Below are positions 46,273 through 53,570 of a stretch of DNA of 53,570 bases, piece by piece (positions within the stretch are counted from its first letter, which is position 1; each line of letters starts with the position of its first letter). Below the pieces are notes generated by a model, which was given only the letters and a program-made list of their open reading frames with translations, did no database searches and was not told the origin of the DNA. The translations under genes and the position numbers were made by a program. The stretch comes from a virus (lineage: Duplodnaviria > Caudoviricetes): the IMG/VR virus record IMGVR_UViG_3300028840_000680, positions 1 to 53,570 of that record. One strand, written 5' to 3'.

Positions 46273-48338
46273 AGAACCTTCTTGCTGATACCGGCAATTT
46301 TTTGCCAACGTTCGAGAAGCGGTTCATTTTGTACCTCTTGTTTAACCAACGGACCTTGTTTACTAAGTTCTTTGTAAACCATATTGACGATTGCATTTTT
46401 GAGTTTTCTAAGCTGTTTGTTGTCAAGACCTGCTAAGAACTCTGGGCGACCCTGATCATTCCCAATAGAGAAAAGTCTGTGTAGATAGCGTGAGAGTGAC
46501 ATGGACCGACGTGAGCGGCCACCCTTCTTGATTGCAATTCTTGGATCTTTGTTCTTGTATCTTCTTCTTTTCGGTCTAGAGCCAGCTAGTTTAGCGCGAC
46601 CGGTACCCTTCTGTACTATTGTTTCTCCTTCTCCAAGTCTCATAAAGTCTCTATCATCAATATCAAAGTAATCTGCGCCGCGCTCGCGAGCACTTTGCAT
46701 CCAACTTTCAATTCTGCCTACCAAGTCTTCGACATCGGATTCATCCATATCCATTCCGTTGTCTTTAGTAAATTTGATAATAGCATTCTCAACATCCATG
46801 AGTGGGAATTCGTATGGCTTTTCAGGCTTCTCATATTTTACGGGTTCGGTGGGAGGCGAATCTGTAGGAGGTGGACCTGCCGCCCGAGATCGATCCCCTG
46901 CGCGTGGATCTGTAGGAGATGGATCTGTAGGAGGTGTCTCTGCGGGTGGTTCAACAACCTCAGTGTTTTCAAATGGCTGTAATTCCTTTGATAAATCTTT
47001 TAATAGTTGAGCACGGGAAGACTTTTGCCCTTTCATTCTGATTAGCTTGACTGCTGCGCCAGCAGTGGCAAGCCCGATACCAAGTGTGGTTGCGAGAGTG
47101 CTTGCGGCTGCAAGCTGCCCTGCTGCAACTGCCGCACCACCACCAGCACCGAGAGTGCCAAGATTTTTGGTTACTGATTGGACTATCTGCGATGTAGCTT
47201 TTGCGCCCTTGTCCAAGTAAAAATCTTTATTTGATGCAGGGAACATTTCTCCAAGAGTTTTAGCACCACTTTTTACTGCTTGGGCGTAAGCACCCTGATC
47301 AGCACCAAGCTGGAAAAATTGTGTAGGATTGTTTGGATCTATCCCCAAAGATTTAACAGCCTTGAAAAACACATTCGGGTCTGTGTTTGGACCAAAAGCG
47401 CCCGGATCGCCCGCTGTAAGCCTGCCAACCATTTGTACGAAGCCTTCGCCATCAGCAGGTCCAAATGTCTTTGTTATTTTTTTCATACCTGTGGTTATTT
47501 GTTCTGCATTTTTAAGTCCTCTAAGCTGTTTCAAGGCTGACAGAGCCTGCGGGGAAGCTGCAAATAAACCTGCCAATACAGCCGCTGCGCCGGTTAATCC
47601 AAGGATAGCGGGGAGTTTATTGCTCGCAAGACCATCAAGTGTCGCTGAGTCTACAGCATCACCCTTTACTCCGCGTTTAGTGAAAGTTTTTTGATTTGCA
47701 GCCTGCTCAAGCTCATCATCTACGGGGGCACCACCTTTACCAACTTCTTCTTCTATCTCCTTGCCTTCAGTGAAATGCTTGTAGACATCAGCCAATTGAT
47801 AATCAAGCAAGTATTTGACGTATTCTCTTAAAGCCTCAACAACGCCATTGGCTGCATCGGCAGTCATTTCGCCTTTTTTTACTGCTTCGTCAATCGCATC
47901 GTATGAAGCAGCAATTTCATAAAGTGCATTCAAAAACTCTGGCTTGTCCTTCATGTTAGGAAATTCTTTGTATTTTTCTTCAATATTTTTTCTTAAATCT
48001 TTGATAACAGAACTGCCTGCTTTTTCAATTGCAGCCTCTAGCTTATCAACGGCTTTAATATGGCGCATTTTTCTGTCACCAAATATCTTACCGCCCTTTT
48101 CCAAAGAGCCAAGCTTGCCAACATAGTATTTAATACTGTCCCAGATGCCTTCTTCTAGAGTGGAAACATCAAAATCTTCACCGCGCTCTAGCTTTGCATA
48201 TTCTTCAGCAATCATAGAGAGATAATCTTTTCTCTCAGAAGCAAGTTTCTTGTGCTCAACCACGATCTTTCTATTGAGCTTCATAACTAATAATTCTTCT
48301 TTAATGATTTCTTTTAATCTTCCTTCTGAAATTTTCAT
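46269..48338 (-). CDS. Large candidate internal head/ejection protein
   Basis: MKISEGRLKEIIKEE leader, two Ala/Gly hydrophobic segments, Pro-rich linker, ERWQKIAGI C-terminus; directly after the protease. Confidence 0.6.
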   Translation of the reverse strand: MKISEGRLKEIIKEELLVMKLNRKIVVEHKKLASERKDYLSMIAEEYAKLERGEDFDVSTLEEGIWDSIKYYVGKLGSLEKGGKIFGDRKMRHIKAVDKLEAAIEKAGSSVIKDLRKNIEEKYKEFPNMKDKPEFLNALYEIAASYDAIDEAVKKGEMTADAANGVVEALREYVKYLLDYQLADVYKHFTEGKEIEEEVGKGGAPVDDELEQAANQKTFTKRGVKGDAVDSATLDGLASNKLPAILGLTGAAAVLAGLFAASPQALSALKQLRGLKNAEQITTGMKKITKTFGPADGEGFVQMVGRLTAGDPGAFGPNTDPNVFFKAVKSLGIDPNNPTQFFQLGADQGAYAQAVKSGAKTLGEMFPASNKDFYLDKGAKATSQIVQSVTKNLGTLGAGGGAAVAAGQLAAASTLATTLGIGLATAGAAVKLIRMKGQKSSRAQLLKDLSKELQPFENTEVVEPPAETPPTDPSPTDPRAGDRSRAAGPPPTDSPPTEPVKYEKPEKPYEFPLMDVENAIIKFTKDNGMDMDESDVEDLVGRIESWMQSARERGADYFDIDDRDFMRLGEGETIVQKGTGRAKLAGSRPKRRRYKNKDPRIAIKKGGRSRRSMSLSRYLHRLFSIGNDQGRPEFLAGLDNKQLRKLKNAIVNMVYKELSKQGPLVKQEVQNEPLLERWQKIAGISKKVL

Positions 48339-48341
48339 TTT

Positions 48342-48941
48342 TTAATCTCCAATAATTTCATTCATAAGATTTATAATCTTATTATTTTTTTCAATTTGCT
48401 CATTTACGAGTTTCCCCTCGGACAGAGCCATAAAAGCATTTGGTGTTGATGGCTCTGATACAATGTCAAAACAAATCAACTGAAAGTCATCTTCTACGAT
48501 GGTCTTACCCATTCTCTCGCTTACAGATCCCATACCACGAGATGAGATACCAATCTTGACACCCGAATCCACAAGGGCACGTAGAATCTGACCGGATGGA
48601 GTGTCGAGAACTTTACACTTACCCATTACGGCTGGCCCGTCCATCCAAACCTCCGTAATCATATGGGACACGTTGGCTAAATTAATAATAGAAGAATCCG
48701 GATGATCCAACTCGCCAAGAGCACGGCGGTCCTCAACTACCTTTGCGTATCGCTTAACTTCTCTTTCCAATATACGGCGAGGATATACACGTCCGTTTCC
48801 GTTCTGAACCTCTGCTTCTTGTAGCTTGCCTGTTAGCATCATTCCGCCGTCGCGAACAAACTGCTTTTCAGATTCGGTTAGAAGGTCTTGGCAGACACCA
48901 CCTTCGCATAGTTCATAAAATTCTCGTAGTAGTTTAGCCAT
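48342..48941 (-). CDS. Prohead core protease (T4 gp21-like)
   Basis: NGNGRVYP, ALGELDHP, VSH, GISSRGMGS, DIVSEPSTPNA. Confidence 0.95.
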   Translation of the reverse strand: MAKLLREFYELCEGGVCQDLLTESEKQFVRDGGMMLTGKLQEAEVQNGNGRVYPRRILEREVKRYAKVVEDRRALGELDHPDSSIINLANVSHMITEVWMDGPAVMGKCKVLDTPSGQILRALVDSGVKIGISSRGMGSVSERMGKTIVEDDFQLICFDIVSEPSTPNAFMALSEGKLVNEQIEKNNKIINLMNEIIGD

Positions 48942-48953
48942 TGTTATTCTCTC

Positions 48954-48993
48954 AAAAAAGATTTAACGTGGGGGCTTTCACCCCCACGTAAAT
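48954..48993 (-). terminator. Intrinsic terminator
   Basis: ACGTGGGGG-TGAAAG-CCCCCACGT stem followed shortly by TTTTTT. Confidence 0.65.
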
Positions 48994-49044
48994 TCAGCTA
49001 CCGGAGCAGCAGCGGCGTACAGGCTGGATTTGCCACTTTTTCAT
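48994..49044 (-). CDS. 16-aa Cys-containing peptide MKKWQIQPVRRCCSGS
   Basis: GGAGGTG SD; ATGA overlap with the upstream stop; ends right at the terminator. Confidence 0.5.
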   Translation of the reverse strand: MKKWQIQPVRRCCSGS

Positions 49045-49358
49045 GATTCACCTCCTTTATGGACCAATTTGATCCCGAAATCATTTACCACCATACTCAG
49101 CAAGTATGATGTTCCAGCGCTAATACACCCGCAAATAAAAGCATTTACAAGTGTACGATCAAAATTAAATAGTTCTGTATATGGACTTATGCCCCAGAGA
49201 AATACTCCAACCCAAAATCCCATACACAAACAGCAGTGAAATAAACGACCAAAGCCACCCCAAGCAGAGCAGGCTGGTCGTATTTTATTGAAGATATGTC
49301 CGTGAACAATAATGAAGGTCATGCCGTAAGCGGCAAGAATAAAATGTAATAGTTCCAA
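49041..49358 (-). CDS. Small multi-pass membrane protein with CxxC (DUF1360-like)
   Basis: Three hydrophobic segments; FHCCLCMGFWVG motif. Confidence 0.65.
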   Translation of the reverse strand: MELLHFILAAYGMTFIIVHGHIFNKIRPACSAWGGFGRLFHCCLCMGFWVGVFLWGISPYTELFNFDRTLVNAFICGCISAGTSYLLSMVVNDFGIKLVHKGGES

Positions 49359-49359
49359 T

Positions 49360-49866
49360 CTAATACCTGTTCCTTAGTGGGTAATAGTAGTAGCCCGGGC
49401 GCATAGAGCCCTTCTCGGCATACTGTGGCACTTCGCCGTATTCGGTGGAGTCGCGATCGGATGGGCGTGTGTACATATCCTCCAACTCCTTCTCGTATTC
49501 GTCGGCAATTCTTTCGTGTTCTGCTTCATACTCAATAAACTCTGCGATTACAAACGTTGCAGCCTGTAGGGCGTTGATGTCGTCATTCTCAAACAACTTG
49601 CCTTCTAGGGAACGGAAGACATTTCCACCCTGGATAGAAGATCTATCAACAATGCCCTTATCAGCCAGAAGCTCTAGTAGTCGATCTTGATAATCATACA
49701 CGTCCTCAGAGATAGTGGTCTTAGGCATTGTAGTGACTTTCATTTGCTTTGGCATCACGGCGATATCAATCTTGTTATGGTCCATAATAAGAAGCGAACC
49801 GTCAAGAGCCCTGCGGGCTTTGAGTTCTACTGTAGCCTGTGGTCCACCGACTTTGATCTTAATCAT
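49360..49866 (-). CDS. Hypothetical protein
   Basis: 168-aa ORF coupled to neighbours in the head operon. Confidence 0.7.
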   Translation of the reverse strand: MIKIKVGGPQATVELKARRALDGSLLIMDHNKIDIAVMPKQMKVTTMPKTTISEDVYDYQDRLLELLADKGIVDRSSIQGGNVFRSLEGKLFENDDINALQAATFVIAEFIEYEAEHERIADEYEKELEDMYTRPSDRDSTEYGEVPQYAEKGSMRPGYYYYPLRNRY

Positions 49867-50671
49867 TTTGAGTTAGTTCCTGAACAAGTTCTTGTGTTTT
49901 GAGAACCTTGTTTAGATCGTCATCTGTAAACTCGCGCTTACGAAATTCCTCAAGATACTCGGACACTTCGTTTAGTTTTTGCGAAATGAGAGGTTCGACA
50001 GTATTTTGACTCGCGTCACTAATTAAGCTCTTAAGCCTTTCCAATTCTTCGTTCAAGTAAATACGAAGTTCGAACCCGTCATCTGCAAAACTTGTGATGT
50101 ACCGATTAAGAAGATCTTTCTGCTCTTTAAGAAGGGTGGTGTACTTCTCGTTAAACTTCTTAATAAAAGAGTTGTAAGTTAGGTTGTCCAAAGACTTCAT
50201 TTTGTTAGACTCGGTAAGAGGTTGTTCAGCGCTCATTGAATCTACGATCGCCTGCTCAAAAAGAACTTTACTTTTTACAGGTGTCTTTGTGTTGAAGATA
50301 GCATTTACGGAAGCAAGAGACTTAAAGTTTGGAACAAAGTTAGACCATACATCCTGTCCTAGCTGCTTGTTGATAGCAGCAATTATACGAGACTGTGCGT
50401 CAAAAACCTCGGAGGAATCCAACTTTGAATAAGCAAACTTTGTTTCTTGAAGCATTCTTTCGGCAAGATTGGGTTGAATATTTTTTGTCTCAAGCAAAGT
50501 CTTGTAAAGAGAAAGTTCTTTTGCTAATGTTGAGTCGCCACCAAATCCTTCTTTGATGATCGCAAGAACAGTTTCTTTTCTACTACTATCCTTATCAACG
50601 ATTGCCTTTGTTAGTTCTCTTGTAAGCGTTTCATAAATAAAGGCTGTATTTCTTTTTTTATTATGCTTCAT
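49859..50671 (-). CDS. Hypothetical protein (follows portal)
   Basis: 270-aa helical ORF starting MKHNKKRNT. Confidence 0.75.
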   Translation of the reverse strand: MKHNKKRNTAFIYETLTRELTKAIVDKDSSRKETVLAIIKEGFGGDSTLAKELSLYKTLLETKNIQPNLAERMLQETKFAYSKLDSSEVFDAQSRIIAAINKQLGQDVWSNFVPNFKSLASVNAIFNTKTPVKSKVLFEQAIVDSMSAEQPLTESNKMKSLDNLTYNSFIKKFNEKYTTLLKEQKDLLNRYITSFADDGFELRIYLNEELERLKSLISDASQNTVEPLISQKLNEVSEYLEEFRKREFTDDDLNKVLKTQELVQELTQND

Positions 50672-52628
50672 TTTTCTCTTCCTCTTTGCTCTCCATTTGT
50701 TCTACTAACATACGAACTTTATTGGTGTTCTCAAAAAGTGTGTGCTCATCTTTAGTATAAGTAGGCTTGAGATTCTCTTCTAGACCAACTAGTGCTCTCA
50801 TATCAGGAACTCCTACTTTACCGGGATGCACGGTTCTAGAAGTTGTTCCCATCTCTGGTCCGCGAACCATTCGCTTGATTTCGCGCTTCATCGGACCTTG
50901 CGAGTGTCTTGTTGAAGAGCCTTTTCTTTTATCGACAGCAACGGGCTTGTAAGCCGCTCCCTCGTGTTTTGTAGGATTGTCTTCCCGTCTACCTGGGGTT
51001 GCCAATAAAACGTCATCCCCGCCGCCTTCAGGCGCCTCTCCACCTTCATCGCCACCGAGATCCAGATCACCGCCAAGGTCGCCACCCAAGTCTCCACCAA
51101 GGTCGCCGCCTAAATCACCACCGAGGTCTCCTCCGAGACCACCGCCTTCGGCGCCGCCAAGCTCAGCGCCTTCGTCAACAATCGATTCAAGAGCCTGCTG
51201 ATATTTACGATCATAGAAAGTTTCGCGCTGGTTGCGAAGGAACTCGGAATCGGACATTCCAAGAATGTTGGCTGCAACCCAACGCTTTGAGAATGTGCCT
51301 TCTGGAACTGATGTGGCGGTCTCGAACTTTGTCTTCATGTATTCAAGCTGCTGTAGCTCGGCAAGACGCGAGGGGTTGTTCAAAGTAATCTTAAATCCTA
51401 AAAGGTCTTGACCTCTAAAGCCTAGTGTGTAAAGATGCACTATCGCCATCTTCTCCAACTCGGAAACCAACGATCTTTGAAGTCTATGAATAGTTCTTGC
51501 GAAACGGATATCCTTCTGTGCTAGGGTAGTTTTATCTTCTGTACCGCCTTCAAGGTTGGTTAGATAAGACTGTGGAATCTTAATTGCTGCGAACAACTTA
51601 TCACGAAGATACTTAACATCCTCAATGTCGTCCAAAGACTTGGCGCCAGGGAGCGATGTAATCTCCGACCCAACGCCACCACGCATCGGAATAAAGTAAT
51701 CTTCTTCAAGTGATAGCGGGTTGTAGCGAAGATCCACACGACCAGTTGAAGCATTTACAAGAGAGTTACGCTTCATTTCCGACTTGACTTTTTCCATATA
51801 CTGTGGAATGTCTTGTGGTGGAATGTTGCCTACGTCAATCTTGAATACTCGGCGTTCTGGCGCACGAACAACGCGATAAGCAATCATCGCATCTTCTAGA
51901 AGTGTAAGTTGTCGCCAAATACGTCGGGCAGGATCCAAAACAGATGTGCCGTATGGCGAGTAACGATCGTTGCCCAAAATGCGGAAGTGCGCAACCTGCC
52001 AGTTCTCAAAGGTCATACCGGCACCATTCCACTGATACTGAACGTAGTTAGGGTTTGTTTGGTCCTGACCTTCAAGACGCTCTACTTCGTTGTTCGGCAT
52101 ACCAATAAGGGATGTGATGCCTAACTTCTCGTCAATGTCCATATAAAGGAAAAAGTCACCGTACTTACACATAGAGCGTGCCCAACCAAAGCAGTTGAAC
52201 TCAATGTTTAGAACATCGTAGAATAGAGACTCAAGGATAGTTTTGATTTCGTGGTTAAGACAATCAATGTTTAGAAGACGATCATACTCGTTTGATGTCG
52301 TCATCTCGTCAGCGTAGATATCAAGAGCAGTAGCAATCTCAGGCATGTATTCCATTTGCTCAAAGTCAATGTAACGCTCTGCTCTGTTTTGGTTACGGAA
52401 TGCTGCTGATGTAAAAAGGTTGTAGTTCTGAGACATGTTAGAATCGTGTCTCTTAAACTCCTGACCAGACATAGAACGGAAACGATAACGATATTTATCT
52501 AGATCTGCTCTTCTTTCTTGTCTACCAACTTGTGTGCGGTAGTTAACGACCGGGCCAGATAGAAGTCTGGTTAGTCTTTTGAATAACGGCGATGCCGGAT
52601 TTCTTGGGTTGTTCTCTTTCTTAGCCAT
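50661..52628 (-). CDS. Portal protein (T4 gp20-like)
   Basis: LLEDAMIAYRVVRAPERRVFKIDVGN, EDYFIP, ITSLPG, DIEDVKY, DIRFAR. Confidence 0.95.
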   Translation of the reverse strand: MAKKENNPRNPASPLFKRLTRLLSGPVVNYRTQVGRQERRADLDKYRYRFRSMSGQEFKRHDSNMSQNYNLFTSAAFRNQNRAERYIDFEQMEYMPEIATALDIYADEMTTSNEYDRLLNIDCLNHEIKTILESLFYDVLNIEFNCFGWARSMCKYGDFFLYMDIDEKLGITSLIGMPNNEVERLEGQDQTNPNYVQYQWNGAGMTFENWQVAHFRILGNDRYSPYGTSVLDPARRIWRQLTLLEDAMIAYRVVRAPERRVFKIDVGNIPPQDIPQYMEKVKSEMKRNSLVNASTGRVDLRYNPLSLEEDYFIPMRGGVGSEITSLPGAKSLDDIEDVKYLRDKLFAAIKIPQSYLTNLEGGTEDKTTLAQKDIRFARTIHRLQRSLVSELEKMAIVHLYTLGFRGQDLLGFKITLNNPSRLAELQQLEYMKTKFETATSVPEGTFSKRWVAANILGMSDSEFLRNQRETFYDRKYQQALESIVDEGAELGGAEGGGLGGDLGGDLGGDLGGDLGGDLGGDLDLGGDEGGEAPEGGGDDVLLATPGRREDNPTKHEGAAYKPVAVDKRKGSSTRHSQGPMKREIKRMVRGPEMGTTSRTVHPGKVGVPDMRALVGLEENLKPTYTKDEHTLFENTNKVRMLVEQMESKEEEKNEA

Positions 52629-52636
52629 TTTCTATC

Positions 52637-53569
52637 CTAGCCTTTTAGTAATCCTATATATTGGTATTGAAGCTTTTTCGCCTTTTCAATACGCTCGGTT
52701 TCTTTCGTCATCTTATGTCCCTGCATACCAGGGATTGTTGTAGAAATAGATGTTTTTGCCGTGCTGATAGCAGACAAGAAAGATTTGCTGTACTCTACGT
52801 TCTTTTGACTTTCTATAATCACGGTATCTCTCACCCAGCATCCAATAGCGAACGACATTGTTAGATCGTCGTTGTAGCTTCTCATCGCCTGCGGTCTTCC
52901 GTGATGCCAAATAAATGTTTTCATTTCGGAAAGCAAACGATTTGAGTTAATCGTAATTAGTTTATTTCTCATAAACTCTTCCATTTTCGCAACGATCAAA
53001 GGTCTTGTTTTGGAAGAAGTTGTAAAACCGGGTATTACGTTTGATTGCCATTGTGCGGTTAGGGGATCAACATATTGGTGATCTCCCTTTGTTGTGTAGT
53101 AGAGATTAGGATACCCTTTATCAATCAACTTTTTAAGAACAGCAAAGCCAATATTATTGTTTTCTATCACCAACATAGGGTTGCCGTATTCAGCTGCTAC
53201 ATTAGAAAGAATGTCTGCGAAGTCGTCTGGTGTTGGCTTACCCACATATTCAGCGACTTGTTCAAGGTTTGCAAGTTCTATAATATGAAAAGCGCTGTTA
53301 TCTTTACCGTCGCCACGAGCAACGTCGGCAACAATCAAATAATGATTCTCTGGATTATATTGTTTCCAAATCCAGTAGTTTCTATCAAAGCCAGTGCGAT
53401 ACTCTGGTGCGCAAGCTTTTTCCAAATACCATTGTAGATCATCCGGGTGGATAACAGTTTCGCCAGATACGTTGAAGTTACACTCCAACTCCTGAGCGAT
53501 CTGGCGCTTAGACATATTTCTGGTTTCTTTCTCAAACCATTTCTTGTCTCGCTCAGGGTGAACGTCCCA
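52637..53569 (-). CDS. Terminase large subunit, C-terminal nuclease part (5' partial)
   Basis: Frame open to the window edge (WDVHPERD...QELECNF); ADVARGDGKDNS, IENN, NDDLTMS. Confidence 0.92.
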   Translation of the reverse strand, partial: WDVHPERDKKWFEKETRNMSKRQIAQELECNFNVSGETVIHPDDLQWYLEKACAPEYRTGFDRNYWIWKQYNPENHYLIVADVARGDGKDNSAFHIIELANLEQVAEYVGKPTPDDFADILSNVAAEYGNPMLVIENNNIGFAVLKKLIDKGYPNLYYTTKGDHQYVDPLTAQWQSNVIPGFTTSSKTRPLIVAKMEEFMRNKLITINSNRLLSEMKTFIWHHGRPQAMRSYNDDLTMSFAIGCWVRDTVIIESQKNVEYSKSFLSAISTAKTSISTTIPGMQGHKMTKETERIEKAKKLQYQYIGLLKG

Positions 53570-53570
53570 C

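Noticed and set aside
48954-48996. UGA followed by a hairpin as a SECIS/selenocysteine signal
   Set aside because: Read-through gives only 13 unremarkable residues; the hairpin plus U-tract fits an intrinsic terminator better.
54-53437. Numerous plus-strand ORFs and short nested minus-strand ORFs in the track
   Set aside because: They are shadows of well-supported minus-strand genes and show no recognisable motifs.
1-53570. Stop-codon reassignment, tRNA genes, CRISPR arrays
   Set aside because: Conserved genes are full-length in code 11 with TAA, TAG and TGA all used as stops. No cloverleaf or repeat-spacer array was seen by eye; tRNAscan was not run.

Overview
This window is a segment of a large T4-like myovirus genome. 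All credible genes lie on the minus strand and read in genetic code 11. From right to left it holds: (1) a head/packaging module (terminase large subunit C-terminus, portal, prohead protease, scaffold, major capsid) with a ribosomal protein bS21 gene; (2) a neck/tail module (sheath, tube, gp26/gp51-like chaperone with a likely frameshift, tape measure, baseplate); (3) a replication and nucleotide module (short PolA-family domain, MazG-like protein, divergent tubulin/FtsZ-like protein, gp32 SSB, RecA/UvsX, 5'-3' exonuclease, helicase, class II RNR, GroES-like protein, DnaE, PurA, dUTPase, ClpP, ThyX). The most striking element is a DnaE polymerase broken into three genes. The first break is bridged by a canonical split intein flanking a free-standing endonuclease. 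The second falls inside the catalytic palm and is bridged by an apparently splicing-dead, minimal split HINT pair that may act as a non-covalent clamp. Other notable signals: an endonuclease that appears to have invaded purA and supplied a recoded N-terminus; RBS-occluding hairpins with an ACTATTTA late-promoter-like motif in the loop for all three endonucleases; a high-GC gene cassette bounded by ~85-bp direct repeats; and a shared MK(L/I)xxxRLxxIIKEE leader on unrelated proteins. All calls come from reading motifs by eye; no database searches were run.
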